Shown here: positions 1 to 40,440 of the stretch, in pieces | How the letters are laid out: each line of letters starts with the position of its first letter | Numbering within the stretch: position 1 is the first letter of the stretch | Assembly: GCA_012295275.1 (NCBI GenBank) | Contig: CM022666.1 | Span: 4,340,001-4,404,000 of the forward strand | Direction of reading: 5' to 3' | Source: Chrysomallon squamiferum | Lineage: Eukaryota; Animalia; Mollusca | DNA length: 64,000 bases | Notes under the pieces: generated by a model | The model's input: only the letters and a program-made list of their open reading frames with translations | Databases searched by the model: none | Told to the model about the DNA's origin: nothing | Made by a program: the position numbers and the translations under genes

Positions 1-666
1 GGTTTCAATAGCTTGCCAACGTGCACAACAGCCAGCTGTCCGTGCATGACCGTGCTATGAACGTTAGCACACAGACACACACACACACACACATACAAAC
101 ACACATTCACACACACAGGTTAAAGGTTTTGCAAGACGTTAATAAACATTCGAAGGTCTAATTTCATGGATTCTGACTCTGAATACAGAATTTGTTTAAA
201 CGGTTGTGATTCATAGAATGAAACGTACTTGATACACCCGTACATACAGACAGACACAGAGACATGCACACACATACATACGTACCTATATAATACATGC
301 ACGTACACATACATAACAAACGCACACGCATATATACACAAACATACATATACACATATACAGAAACACATAAATACATTTACACATACATTACCAGTCA
401 GACTCAGTTATTATCTAAATCTTTACAGCAGAAAGGGCCATTTACTGTAAATTTATCGAATTCATCTTTTAAGTATCAGGAATATTTTTGACATCATATT
501 TTTCTTCTCATTTTGTTCTCGTTATCGAAAACATCCCAGTTTGCTTTAAATTAAAATAATTTCAAAATGTACCAACAGGGTTGCATGCAAAATAGCTTGA
601 ATATATTATTCTTTTATTAATTATCAAAACTCATGTATGTTTACAAAAAAAAAAACAAAAAAAAAA

Positions 667-721
<55 letters not shown>

Positions 722-814
722 AATAATAATAAAAACCAGTGTAAATTTGTGAACGTATTTAATGAGCGAAAAAAGATTGTGTATAGTTTATTTTTACTGT
801 TACATATATTAGCG

Positions 815-852
<38 letters not shown>

Positions 853-2060
853 TCTATTTATTTTCCATTTGTTACGTTACGAATCTCTCCTTTCTTCTTT
901 GCTACCAAAGGTAGATCAACAACATCGCTAACTATTCATCAAAACACGAGCCATGAAAAAAAAAATAGCTAATTAATATTAATGTCTCTAAACCTATGAC
1001 GTCACACATAAAGTTTCTGAAAGAGTGTAATCATTCCATAACTCTCGATAATGAGAAATTATAAATTTTAAATGATTTGAAATTATGTATAGGGTGTATT
1101 TTATGTTAAGTGGAATAGTTCTGTTATTATTTTTCAGTAATAGAAACACAGTCGATTATTCCCCTTGACAGTCTGCAAATGTATATCTACGATAATGGAG
1201 TAAATATGTATTTATTTATTGATCATCACCATCATCATCATGCTGTGTTTTTATACTCTCTCTCTCTCTCTGTGTATACGTGTGTGTATTTATTTTATAA
1301 ACTGATATACGTGATGAAAAACTTCGTAATAATCTATTTTAAAATTTTAATAATTACAGTTTAGTTTCGATTAGTATATAAAATTAACATAAAACAAAAC
1401 TATCCACTAATAATAATAATTTTCTCTAAAATATTTTAAATCTTTCTCATCTTCGTTAGTTTCATTAAAGACGAAAAACAAATCGGCCATTTTATGTCTG
1501 TTTTTGCCACTTTTCTTCTAATATCATTTTCACTGTTAGATTATAAATAACAATAAGAAACAAACGGTTTGAATGAATCGCAGAGAATGTATGCATATAT
1601 TTTTACATTATTTTCAAACAATGAATTTTTTGAAGGGTTATACAGAAATGTTTCTTCTCAGTGTTTTATTTTTTTAATTTATTCTTTTTATTTTATTTAA
1701 TTTTTCAAAAACAAAAAAAAAACAGATCACGTAAGACTGAAAGCATTATCAACATAATTAAAAATAAAATAATTCAAAATAGTAATAATAATAATAAAAA
1801 TGTAAAAAATTAAAATTTTAAATAACTGTAAATAACAAACTTATTAAATATATAAAAAAATATAAATATATAAAAAAGAATAGTACACAAATTACAAAAT
1901 TAACAATTTCTGCTCTTTGATTTGTATCATTAATTTTTGTCGAAATAAATTTTTAACATAATTAGAAACGAATATAATTTAACACTTAGAACGTAATATT
2001 AGTTTCATAATTAGTTAAACAAATAAAACCTCAAACAATTTAAAAAAAAAAAAAAAAAAA

Positions 2061-2142
<82 letters not shown>

Positions 2143-2150
2143 ACAAATAT

Positions 2151-2644
2151 TCAAACTTCTGATTCTAAAGTTAGCTGAACTTCTTGCGATGCAGTATCTA
2201 CGGTAGCATCCTTGTGTTCGGTGGGGTTATCCACCGGAAACAAATCGGTTTCGAAGCACGCGTTGTCTGTTTCTGACGTGCTGTTTTCCACCGGGATGGT
2301 GCTCGGTGCCGGGGGAGGGTTTAACGGAGTCAGCTGAACGAAAGTTTTGAGAAGTTCCTGATAAACCGATTGCAGACTTTCCTTCTGCGGCTTCTTCGGG
2401 ACGGCGGGAGGTTTCAGTCGGCTTCTGTCGCTCGTTGTCGCTTTCTGCGCAGCCTTTGCTGCGCACTGCTGAAACGAGGCGTGTTTTCGAAGGGCGAGTA
2501 ACTCCAGATGCATCAGCGTTTTCTGTTTCGTTTGGATGAGACTGAGATAATGATTGGCATCCTGAATTGTTTTCAAGGCTGCGAATTTTTTGTACATGAT
2601 AGGTTCTCGTTTCTTAATTTCAGACTCTTTTGTTCTGTCTACAA
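2151..2644 (-). CDS. Gene A (uncharacterised) last coding exon
   Basis: Non-repetitive, CpG-containing ORF (RTKESEIKKREPIMYKKFAALK...QLTLESEV*), stop at 2151-2153. Three candidate acceptors give exon starts at 2644 or 2638 (phase 1) or 2634 (phase 2). The N-terminal poly-Ile of the ORF-track entry is an intronic (ATT)n. Confidence 0.75.
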
Positions 2645-2649
2645 CTGAG

Positions 2650-2698
<49 letters not shown>

Positions 2699-2805
2699 TA
2701 ACAACAACAACGCTTATAATGACAACAACAGTAATAAAAATAACAGTAACAGCAACAACAATAATATATAATTTTTTTTTTGTATTAATCATACTAAGAA
2801 TTTAC

Positions 2806-2827
2806 CTGCAATGGGAACGATCATTAT
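2806..2827 (-). CDS. Gene A candidate 22-nt microexon (NDRSHC)
   Basis: tttag|ATAATGATCGTTCCCATTGCAG|gtaaat after a long T-rich tract. Phase 1 to 2; in frame only with the acceptor giving exon start 2634. Confidence 0.4.
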
Positions 2828-3039
2828 CTAAATAATAAATAAAACAAAACAAAACAAAACAAAACAAAACAAAACAAAACAAAGTAAAGTAAAGTAAAGT
2901 AAAGTAAAATAAAGGAAAGGAAAGGACAGTAAAATAAAATTATACAGAATTGTACTGTACGTGTATAAAAATAATATAAAAATAAAATATGTAATAAGTA
3001 AAATATATATATATAATATAATAATATATATATATGCAC

Positions 3040-3205
3040 TACTACTGCTACTAACAGTAACAATGGTAGTAGTAATAGCAGTAGAGTAGTAGTAGTAAAA
3101 ATGGTAGTAGCAGACGTTGTAATAGTAGTGGTAATAATGGTAGCAGTAGTAGCTATAGCAACAACAATAGTAAACAATAGTAGTAGTAATAGTAATATTA
3201 GTAGT

Positions 3206-3246
<41 letters not shown>

Positions 3247-3356
3247 TAGAAGCAGCAACAGCAAGTAGTGGTAGTAGTAGTAATAGTGTAGTAAAAGCAG
3301 AAGTAGTAGTAGTAGTGGTAGTAGTAGTAGTAGTAGTAGTAGTAAGCAGCAGCAAC

Positions 3357-3391
<35 letters not shown>

Positions 3392-3703
3392 CAGCAGTAG
3401 TAAAGCAGCAACAAGCAGTAGTGGTAGTGGTAGTAGTAGTAGTAAAGTAGTAGTAGTAAAAGTAGTAGCAGCAGTAGTAGTAGTAGTAGTAGTAAAAGCA
3501 GCAACAGTAGTAGTGGTAGTAGTAGTAGTAGCAGCAGTAGTAGTAGTAGTAGTAGTAGCAGTAGTTGTAGTAGTAGTAGTAGCAACAGTAGTAAAAGTAG
3601 TAAAAGCAACAGTAGTAGTAGTAGTAGTAGTAGTAGTAAAGCACAGTAGTAGTAACAGTAGTAGTAGTAGTAGTAGTAAAAGCAGTAGTAGTAGTAGTAA
3701 AAC

Positions 3704-3734
<31 letters not shown>

Positions 3735-3765
3735 AAAGCAGCAACAGTAGTAGTGGTAGTAGTAT
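3040..3765. repeat. Compound (TAG)n/(CAG)n trinucleotide microsatellite, intronic
   Basis: Direct reading; source of the poly-L/T/Y/V/S pseudo-ORFs. Confidence 0.95.
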
Positions 3766-3772
3766 TGGTTAC

Positions 3773-3936
3773 TTGATTTTAGTTTCTCTTCGAGTTCTTC
3801 ACGTCTGCTCATGTACTCTTTCAGCAGAAGCGGAAACTGCTCTTCTGCGCATGACAGAACTCTGTTAATTTCCTCCGTCTCCTGACACAGCTGTGTGACC
3901 CCGCACTTCAGCGCGTTCATCTTCTTCTCCAGACGT
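3773..3936 (-). CDS. Gene A coding exon 2, coiled-coil-like
   Basis: RLEKKMNALKCGVTQLCQETEEINRVLSCAEEQFPLLLKEYMSRREELEEKLKS. NAGNAG acceptor (aag cag; start 3939 or 3936), donor A|gtaacc. Phase 2 to 1, matching exon 1. Confidence 0.75.
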
Positions 3937-4241
3937 CTGCTTGTAAATGAATGAATAAATAAATGAATGAATGAATAAATAAATGAATGAATGAATAAAT
4001 GAATGAATGAAGCAAATAAATCAATCAATAAATAAATGAATGAATAAATGAATGAATAAATGAATAGATGAATGAATAAATTAATTAATAAGCAAATAAA
4101 TCAATCAATAAATAAATAGGTAACAGAGCAAATAAATGGATAGACAGAGATACAGATAAGATAAATAGATAGATGGGAAAACAAACAAACAAGCAACCAA
4201 ATAAGTAAATAAATAGTAAATAAAAAAACAGATAATAATAA

Positions 4242-4276
<35 letters not shown>

Positions 4277-4564
4277 TAAAATAAAACGGATAAATATCCG
4301 AAAGTAAAAATAAATAAAAAGGCAAATAATAATAATATTAATAACTTTTAATAATAATAATAATAATAATAATTTTCAAACAAAAAAAAAATATAAACAA
4401 ACGAACAAACACACCAATGAATAAATAAATAAATAAATAAATATGGCAAAAAAAGGGTTCAGATTTGTAAGTTTTTGTCGATAATTTGAATATTGATTAT
4501 TATTCTCTCTGGTTAAGACCCTCTTTAAAAGTTTAACCTAATAAAACTGACACACTGTATATTT

Positions 4565-4866
<302 letters not shown>

Positions 4867-4915
4867 CGAGAAACCCTTTTAAGGGAATGAATAAACAAAA
4901 CTGACAAAATTATTA

Positions 4916-4954
<39 letters not shown>

Positions 4955-5269
4955 CAGTAAATGGGAGATACTTTTATAAGCATTTATCTTTTGAATATTT
5001 AAAATTTATAATCATCCTGACTATTCCTTCAGGTGTCGTGGGTGAAGCAAAACAAAAAAATAGTTAATTCATTGTTGTTGTTGTTATTTATTATTTATTT
5101 ATTTATCTATTATTCTTTTTTCCCTAACACCAGTTAATGAATTCTTAAGATGAAACGAGATGGTACTTTTTCATTGACATGTTTTATTATGTGTTGTTTC
5201 TTTGATGTAAAAAATAATAATAATAATAACATTAATATTAACAACAACAAGAACAACAACAACAACAAC

Positions 5270-5313
<44 letters not shown>

Positions 5314-5789
5314 CAAAGTGTCTTTTTTCCCATTGTTTTTGCAGCTGTCGGCTAGATATTAAACATTCTAATTCTCTGGTGAACCACAGTGCACGGATTT
5401 GCTACCTGACAAAATCTACTAATCTTTCTACAAATGTTACGTTCCGTGTAAGCGTATCCGTTGTAACAGTTTAGTAATAACGACATTCACTGGGATTTAG
5501 ACGAAAAAAAGAAGAAGAAGAAGAAGAAGAAGAAGAAAAGAAAGAAAGAATAAAAAGAAAAAAAAAATAAGAAAAAAAAAAAATCGCTACGTGAACCGAT
5601 GCTACATTTTGTGTCGATGTCGGGTCTGATATTGGTATCGGGTCTAATATCGGTATCGGATCGGTATCGGACCGGTATTGCTTCTATCGATGTTAGTTTC
5701 TGGCATGTTGTGTCGTTGTCATTTCGATCTGAGATCGATATCGGGGAGATAAAATTTTCAGCTAAATAAACACAGAAAGACGGACGTAC

Positions 5790-6070
5790 CTCGCTTTCTC
5801 GAACTGCTGATTAAGATTGTCTCGCTTCATTTGGTAATTAGCGTGAAGGACAAACAAATCGATCAAATCTTCCTCTACGCTGTCTGGGTTTATCATTGCC
5901 GCCTTCTTCGTACCCTTTTCAACACCTTTCTCCGTTTCTCCGCCAGGGGTCGTTTCACAACAAAGACTCGAAGTGCTTGTGCTCTGACTGTTGGAACTTG
6001 AAGGCGCTGTCGTTGTGCTTTGTAAAGATTTTTTTGAATTTTGAGTCATGAACTTTTTCACGAACGACAT
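5790..6070 (-). CDS. Gene A first coding exon
   Basis: ATG at 6070, MSFVKKFMTQNSKK...LNQQFEKAR, donor AG|gtacgt; 281 nt, phase 2. Confidence 0.75.
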
Positions 6071-6117
6071 AATTCAGCTGTTTCCAACAGAGTTGTCTGT
6101 AGAAAGGCGTGACATGA

Positions 6118-6141
6118 TGACGTCGTTATATTATGACGTCA
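6118..6141. promoter_or_regulatory. Paired CRE-like motifs (TGACGTCG, TGACGTCA) upstream of the gene A ATG
   Basis: Perfect TGACGTCA at 6134-6141 and a near copy at 6118-6125; motif match only. Confidence 0.35.
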
Positions 6142-6225
6142 TGTTGAATGTATTTATTACCATTTCTTTGAATATGTAAGTAAAAAAATATTATTATTAT
6201 TATTATTATTATTGTTATTGTTAAA

Positions 6226-6275
<50 letters not shown>

Positions 6276-6747
6276 GGAGTCAAAAACAAAGAAACGCCGT
6301 AGATGGGAATTTTATTAAATATATTATTTATCATTCGAGCTATCTTTAATAGATAACAACAACAATTATTTTATACATCAAAAAATACATATGCACTTTT
6401 TTTTTTTTTTTTTTTTTTTTTTTATCTTTAAAACATTCTTTATTTATTATTAATATTATTTTAATCGAATGTCTGAAACTTTAATTATCTAAAATAAATC
6501 TTTGCATGAAAACAATAAGGAACGATAATTGCTATCAAAATAACAATAATGAGGGAGATAACTCTACCTCACTTAAAGCCACTTGGGTTAAAGAGTATTC
6601 ATCCCTTTAGCACTTAGTGTATATATTTTTTCCTCCCCCTAATTTGTACATCCTAACAAGATTTCAAATTACTGGGAAAATAATAATGAATTTAAAAAAT
6701 ATAATAATAATAATAATAATAATAATAAAATTATTATTATTATATTG

Positions 6748-6806
<59 letters not shown>

Positions 6807-7094
6807 ATTTATTAATATTATTATTATAATATTTATTATTATTATTATTATTATATTTCTTCTGCTTCTTCTCATTTCTTCTTCTTCTTCTTCTTCTTCT
6901 TACTATTATTATTATTATCAGATTGTAGTAGTGATGTGTTACTGGTGTTATTGTCATTTTTATTTATTTATTTATTTATTTATTACTGTTAATCTTTATT
7001 TTTTTCATCTGTTAATTATTAATTTTTTATCGTAATTGTAATTGTTGTTGTTGTTGTTGTTGTTGTTATTGTTGTTGTTGTTCTTCTTCTTCTT

Positions 7095-7125
<31 letters not shown>

Positions 7126-7266
7126 TTATTATTATTATTATTATTATCAGTACTATTATCATCATCATCATCATTATTACAAGGGATGTTTTATATAACT
7201 AAGTCCAGTCATATAAAAAAGATGAAAAATAAAAATTAATAATTTCACTTACATATATAATTGTTA

Positions 7267-7347
<81 letters not shown>

Positions 7348-7460
7348 AGTAAAGAGATAGATCTCTCTCAGTATCCATCTATCTATCTATCTATATATAT
7401 ATATATATATATATATATAAGATAGATAGATAGATATATAGATAGATGGATATGCGCATG

Positions 7461-7576
<116 letters not shown>

Positions 7577-8152
7577 CTGATACGTACACGCATACATGCA
7601 TACACACGTGCATACATATTATATAAATATATAGAAGCATAGATACATACATATATAACTATGCTATATTTGATTACACCATGTAACACATAAACGGAAA
7701 CGAACGATCTCAAATGCTGGCCTACATAATTGCATTCTCCTTGTCACTTCTCTACAAATACCACAGTTTTATAACTAACACATTAACTGAAGTAAAGCAA
7801 GATTAAAGGTACATTTTCGTTTGACTGGAACAACAAACAACTCGTCAATACTGAGCCCCGCCCAGAACATCTGACAACGATATGCAGACGTCGCGATTAT
7901 TACGCAACACGGGTTTTCCCGGAAACAATTTCCGAGATTAAACGAAGCATGGTTTCGGTATTAAACGAAACCGCCTCCGTCCAGTTGAACGATCTTGTTG
8001 GTGCAGACGACAAGCATTCACTGAGGCTAAAAATATTACTATCCGCTAGCGGCCATGTGATAAATATATGCTGTATTTATTTAATCATTTCAGTCAAAAA
8101 GTTTCCTCTCGTTTAAAAATATATAACCATGATATTTAATTCATTTAATTCA

Positions 8153-8184
<32 letters not shown>

Positions 8185-8328
8185 CTGATCGATAATAATT
8201 TTATTATGTTTTATTATTTCTTTATTTTTTATTATTATTAATTTATTATTATTATTATTATGTTATTTATTATTGTTATTATTATTATTATTTTTTTTTT
8301 TATTTATATGTTTATTTATTTATTTATT

Positions 8329-8401
<73 letters not shown>

Positions 8402-9599
8402 GTTTATTATTATTATTATTATTTTTTTTTTTTTTTAGGTGATATTTATTATTTATCGAATAGAAAATTTTAAAAACATTAACTGAGAGTGTAATATAGG
8501 GTCAAATAGTTACAATGACAACACAAATAAGAAAACAAAAACTTATAATATGATGGTAATAATGTTCATGTCTTTTCTCCCAGACAGGACATTCATGCAA
8601 AGGTGAAAACATTGGTTTCCTTATGGGAAATTTAATGGGAATTTAATCCGGTAATTTATCCCGTACCTTCGAAAAACTAGTCTCATTTTGCTTGGTGTGG
8701 TTTGGCAGTAAATATACATTACAGTGATTTGAAAATAAAACTTGTAACAATTATTATACACAAGAAAAGAAAAATCGTATTTTAAAAAATTAATAATAAA
8801 AACGAAAAATTATTTTAAAAAATATATATTATTTATTAAAATAAGTGTCTTAATTTGTTGCTAATTTTAAAATCCACACCGAGTTGATTTTAAATACGCT
8901 AATTTTTATTTATTTTGATATTTTTTTTATAGATTTATTTATAATACACGCAATTTTTAAAAGGTGTTGTGTTATATTATTTTCTTCCTCGTACACTCTC
9001 TCCCCTTCAACAATGTTTTCTCCATTTCTCTGGTGCACTAACTAGGAACATTAATCTTTTGCTAGTGACAACTACACGTCAAACGTGACATTAAAAAGTG
9101 AATACCGGCGGTTTGGCGCTAAGTAGACAATCGGGTCATCTTTTGTTCACTATCAAGACAACCTATAACACCCATCGCGGTCATTGGATCTTCCCATTTC
9201 TATAGATAGCACAATAGTTTGACCTACATTTCTGTATATCGATAAGCAGGTATTCGTCAAGTTGATAATAACTAAAAGCAGAACAGTATGTAAAACAAGA
9301 TCACATTTTAGAAAAATCAAGAACAGTGTAAGCTGTTAGATCATATTTAAACTTACTTGAGTAAACCATTTTAAATAAATCACCCCTTCGGTTAAAAATG
9401 AAACTATGGAAGAGTTCATTCCGACAAAGGTTTAATTGCACTATATTGAACTAGTTTCTGTTCAAAATGACGAAAAATATCCAGTTCGAGAAGATTGTAA
9501 TATTACTGATTTGTTTACTTTATTACTCTGATATATTTACTTATTTATATGTGTAGAAAACATATCATTTTATTTTATTTTTAATTGAATACTATCCTC

Positions 9600-10193
9600 T
9601 GGGAAAATGAGTCCATTGTAACCTCATTTCTGGTGACGTCAGTATAAGTAATGCGGTTTGTTTAATATGTATTGCTCCGCGCTAGAGTAGTTCTCCACGA
9701 GACGAAATGATAATCTTATTAAAGAAATTAAGTACAAAATATTGTATGTTATTTTATCACCACAGAGCAACCATATAAAGACCCGATCAACATTATTTTT
9801 TAGTGATTAACAGACGCGTTTTTCCTTTTCTTATTGTTACAAGGACGCACTACTCTTGGTGCCTCCGCCATTGTAAATGTAAGCCGAGGAACCGGGGAAA
9901 GCCTGATAGAGAAGTTTCGGTAATAATTTCCAAATTGTTACGGTTACTGGCAATAAACTACGTGGTTCGCATTACGTAATCACACCAAAACACTTCATTT
10001 TTCAGAATAATTGATTACTGACCTTCAGTATTTCATATATTATTGTGCCCAAGCGGATTAGCGGGGACGATTCTAAGGAAAGACGCACTTAGTGTTGAAT
10101 TATTTTGTGTAAATTTTCTTCTGAAATTGAAATACCAGTATATTGGGGACAGTTACTGACTCCATCGATGTTCGGATAATTTATAACCAAAAG
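9600..10193 (+). promoter_or_regulatory. Probable TBL1 promoter and non-coding first exon
   Basis: Repeat-free, CpG-retaining segment; TGACGTCA at 9634-9641; YY1-like CCGCCATTGT at 9865-9874; consensus donor AAG|GTAAGT at 10193/10194. The first coding exon has an acceptor at 15450, so an upstream exon is needed. Confidence 0.55.
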
Positions 10194-10903
10194 GTAAGTG
10201 TTTATAACTGTTCAGTTATTTATTATGATAGTAAAATAATTGTTCGATATTTGTCGACACAATGTTTTCAAATATGCCGCATAATTCTTACGATAATGAT
10301 TATGGAGAAGACTATAGGTTAAACTTAGGTATTAATTTTGTGAATTTCTTGAATTAATTATTCGATTTTTATTTATAAGTTACTGTATCGAACTAATAAT
10401 GAGGTCATAAATGATAAATTTCCCACGCAATGCCATACGGTCATTGCGCCTCTTATAACCGAGTTTAGTGAGCTGTTATTTCATTCGGACGACCACAACC
10501 GTCTACCAATGTAATATTATTAGAAAGTAGCTGACATTTAACTTTTATTATCGCTCTTAAACTTAAAAAAAATACGAATTTCATATGATTTTGTCTGTTA
10601 TTTTTCTTGTTATAGCCTGTTTCGGATATCTTGTATTGTTTATTTGTATAGTCATTTTCGGCAAAGACGGCCATTGTTATAGTCTTTATCAAAAGTGTCC
10701 TGCGTGAAGCCTGAATTGTTAACCATCTCGTCTCTCTCCCGCTGTTTGCAGCAGACAGCTGCCCTCACCTGATCGTTTGGCGTAAATCTTGATGATTTCT
10801 TTCTTTTTTAAAAATATTTCTAAATGAGCCCTTCTCTGCAAATTTGCTTATTTTAATAAATCTGATGTTAAGTACATAATTTTCTCCAGTTAACAAATCA
10901 TCA

Positions 10904-10942
<39 letters not shown>

Positions 10943-11338
10943 TTATTTAATAATCATTGATTTTAAGGATATTTTATATTTTTATTTATTTTTATTTTAT
11001 TAAATGTTTACTAAAAATAATAATAATAATAATAAATAATTGTGTAATTTGAAAATATAAAAATGGAGTTCATATACTCATCATTCAAATATAGCATTAA
11101 AAATATATATTAATTGTGGATTTAGTTATAATTAACAGTTTTGTTCAAAATACTAAGATATTATTCCTCAGAGTATTCGCAGTTGTATGTAGGTATGTTA
11201 TGACATTCAAATTTGAACACACATCCATGCATAAATAAAATACCTAAATAAATAAAATTTCTTCATCCATTTTGGACAACTGGTAAACAACTGATATTGA
11301 CTCAAATTGAGATCTTAACATATATATCTGTATATTAA

Positions 11339-11395
<57 letters not shown>

Positions 11396-12346
11396 TTATA
11401 AAAATGCTTTATTACTTAACTGAAAATAGATGCGATTTTCAAACGATTATAGTCTGTACATATGTTGCTATACATGGGTGAATGATTGGCAGTATTACGT
11501 GACTAAATAACCCCATGTAACAGTATGATGTAACATCTGAGGAAAAAAAGAAAGAAGAAAAAACCCTTTAACTTTACATTCTTACCATGCAGGAGTGGTC
11601 CTATTTTTATCGATGACTCATGCCTTTATTTATAACAAATGAATGAAAATGTGCATATTTTATTTTTCGAGCCGAGGAAACAAAACAGATGTCTGTTGCT
11701 TCCATTTGCAGATATCAGTAGATTTTGTGTGATAACAATACTGTCAGCTTCTCAAAAATGTCGTGACATTTCGTGCTCTGTACCGATTAATTCAGGTCAA
11801 AACAATGACAAATAATGACAGATATTTTATAGAAACTAACAGATTGTTGTTGTTATGTTAAAGGTATGTAATATCATCATAAATTGATTTTTATCATAAC
11901 TACAGCAAAATTAAATCATAAATAAATCGTTTATTGCAAATGTGGCATAATGAAGGCATAAATTAATCCTCATTGTGGATATTGTCTGATTAAATAATAA
12001 ATTAATCGTCGTTATAAATATTGCATAATTAAATCATAAATTAATTTTCGTTGTAAATACCGCACCACTGAATAGTATATTAATTTTTGTAACAAACACT
12101 GCATAATTAAACCATAAATTAATTTCTGAAAACCATAAATTAGATTTCAATATACGTGGAAAACTATTTTTGAATTTTTAAATATATATATATATATTTA
12201 TCTTTCTTATTAAATCATAACTGTAATTATTTCCAGTTTCATGTAATAATGCTTTATATACAACAGAATTTAATATATTGTTAATCTGATTTGTTGTGAC
12301 GTGAATTTTTATTTCTCTCTCTCTCTCTCTGATGTTTTATATTTAG

Positions 12347-12399
<53 letters not shown>

Positions 12400-12606
12400 C
12401 AACAAAACAATAACAAAAAGAAAAAAAAAAAAAAAAAATGTATAAGGCACCTATTAAAATTTACACAGTATTTCAATCAAGAATACGTTTTCAATTCCCG
12501 TCTGAGACCACATGTATCGATCCAGGCGGCTATGAAGAAATGGATTTTTATGGCCCACAAGATAGTTTATTTTTAATGTTTGTGTGTGTAAGCTTAGAAG
12601 AAGGGG

Positions 12607-12643
<37 letters not shown>

Positions 12644-14208
12644 ATAGGTTTTTCCTGACGAGATACGTAAAATATTTTGATACAGACTATAATTAGTGAT
12701 TTGCAGGTCTTGGCTTTTTGCCAGTAAAGTTAGCCCGTGAAGCATAATGAACTATCTTTTAAAACATTTTCTCTATAAATTTTCGTTACTAATATAATAT
12801 GTTTATATTTTTTTATTTTGGTCTGGCCTCCAGCCAATGTAATTAGTCTATGCATCTGACGTATCACCTTATTTACTGAACCGTGCCCCTTACAATATCC
12901 TTAAACAATCCGGTGAATAAATAGTCTGTTTCATAAAAGCTGTCACGGTTCAAGGTACATGCTAGCATTTCGTTTGGGATGGGGGTGGGGATGGTTTTGT
13001 TCATTATTCTCATTACGTTAGGTAATTTTGGTTTTAACATATTCTGTAAGAATTTGTCATACATTGTTAAGAAATGAATTATATTAAAATGATAATAATA
13101 ATAATGATGATGATGATGATGATAAAAAATTAATATAATTGTCTTGATCCAGTTCTTTTATAAAAAAAAATTCTTAAAAACTCAGTAAATAAATACTAAA
13201 TTTAAATAAATTTAAAAAACAACAACAACAACAACAACAAAACAAAAAAAAAAAAAAAAGTAAATATGATCCGGTTAAGTTTTTTAAAAATATATTTTAT
13301 TGTGACAGTAAATAAGAAATGTTCATTTGTTGTTGTGCCAAGTTACTAGCATTTTTTATATTTTTTATCTTTTTTTTTTTTAGTAGTAGTATTATGCTTT
13401 TTGTACACTTACTTAAGGCAGATAATGCTCTATAACTAATGAGATTATTAAAGTGTACATTTGGTAACTGAAAAAATAAATCCTAAATATTAATCTTTGC
13501 TCATAATAACAACAAACACACATACACACAAAAGAAAAGAAATACTCTTAGATTTAGAATGCATAAGTCTGGATTTTATTTTTTCATTATTATTATTATT
13601 TACAAATACTTGTTGAATACATTTAACAAATTTGTAATGTGCTCAGTCTGTCATGAATATTTCTTCTAACATTTTGTACACATCTGTGTATGTGCATGAA
13701 TGCATGATGCTTTTTAAAATAAGTAATGTACAGAATAAAAAGTAGTCAATAAATAGAGTAAATATACAAATCAAAGTAGTAATAATAATCATAATCATAA
13801 TAATAATAATATATGCATGTTTGTATACATTATTCTAAAATTGAGTAAATAATAATAATTAGAACAATAAATCTGACAAATTTAATACAGTTTTAAAAAT
13901 GATTAAAACTAATTATTGTCATTTTAAGATGCTATTATATGTATTTTTATTTTTTAGTATGTATCATACCCAGGCAGTGCACACGCACACACACACACAC
14001 ACATACACACACACACATACACACACACACATACACACATTGTTGCTTCCTCCACCCTTTTTAGAACATCTTGAATCTTTAGTCTCTTCTTTATCAGTGA
14101 CCTAGATGCTTTGCCATACATTTGAATCTGTGTGCTTTCAAGCTGCCACACAAAATCTCGCTTTTGTTAAATAAGTGACCTTGTACTGACTTTTATAGCT
14201 ACATATAA

Positions 14209-14281
<73 letters not shown>

Positions 14282-15158
14282 TTGTATAATGTTTTGTTAA
14301 AAAAAAAAAGTGCATAAAAAAAAAAACCATTTATACATCTTGGTCTATATGTGTGTGCATATATGGTGTTTTTAAAAAAAAATTCTTTATAAATGTTTTT
14401 TTTTTTTAATTTTTATTATTTATTCTAAGGCAATTTATGTTATTTGTTGTTATTTTATTTTTCTTATCATTATTATTATTTGTTGTTTTTTTGATAAGAA
14501 TGTTTGACATGTACTATACATTTTATAAATACTTTCCAGAAACATAAAGCTGACAAAGTATTTAATACAAAAAAAAAAAAAAAAAAAAAATAAAAAAAAA
14601 AAAAAAAAAAAAAATATAAATATAAAATTATAATGAAAACTCTTGCAAAAAAAAAAAAAAAAAAAAAAAAAAATAAAAAAAAAAAGCAGAAGAGAGAGAG
14701 TGAGAGAGAGACATTTGTGGCATTTTCAAAAATAGCATAAACCTAGAAATAGGAATGTTTTGGCAAGTTGACTAATGCAGGTGTACATTTAATGTGTTTG
14801 TGTGTTCCAGTTACATACAGTCGAGATGTATCACATTTGCAGGTGAAAAGTTTATGGATAATTATTTCCAGGACATACTCTTAATTGAAAAAAAAAAAAA
14901 AAAAAAAAAAAAACAAAAATAACAAACAAGACAAACAAACAACACCAAACAACTAGAGCAGGCTAATAAATAAATAAATCAATAATAAAATGAAATATTA
15001 TAACTAACCAGTTGATGTGTGTATGGTAACATTTGGGCTTGATATGAAATAAAATAATTATAAAAAAAATAAAAATAGAAGCAGATTTTAGTATTTATAT
15101 ATATATATATATTTTTTATTTTTATTTTTTTTTTTTTCCTATTTTTTTTTTTATTATT

Positions 15159-15190
<32 letters not shown>

Positions 15191-15256
15191 CTCTTTTGAA
15201 GGAGGTATAAATTCATACACCTTTTTTCCTCACTTTTTAAAAATGTTTATATATAG

Positions 15257-15292
<36 letters not shown>

Positions 15293-15531
15293 TTTTAATT
15301 TTTATAAGGAAATAACAAATTTATAGTTATGTCAAATTGTTTCACTTAAGGAATGTTAGTTTTCAGTATCAGTTCTTCTAATATACATTTAGTAAATAAA
15401 TAATAAATTTGTATTTATTTATTTATTTATTTATTTGTTTGTTTTTTCAGACTGGACCCCTGTTACATACTTGTGTCTATGTGTTTTAAATAATCCAGTC
15501 TCTGAATGGTTTTTTCCAATGTAAATACAAC

Positions 15532-40440
<24,909 letters not shown>

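Noticed and set aside
120-243. Short non-repetitive minus-strand reading (YGCIKYVSFYESQPF...) between CA repeats
   Set aside because: No convincing acceptor in frame and no recognisable homology; may be a transposon fragment but unsupported.
2824-3776. Long poly-L/T/Y/V/S ORFs (up to 306 aa) and similar low-complexity ORFs across the window
   Set aside because: Translations of stop-free microsatellite frames inside introns; no coding complexity.
12876-12952. 9-bp inverted repeat TGAACCGTG / CACGGTTCA
   Set aside because: Too short, with no TSD, to call a MITE or structured RNA.
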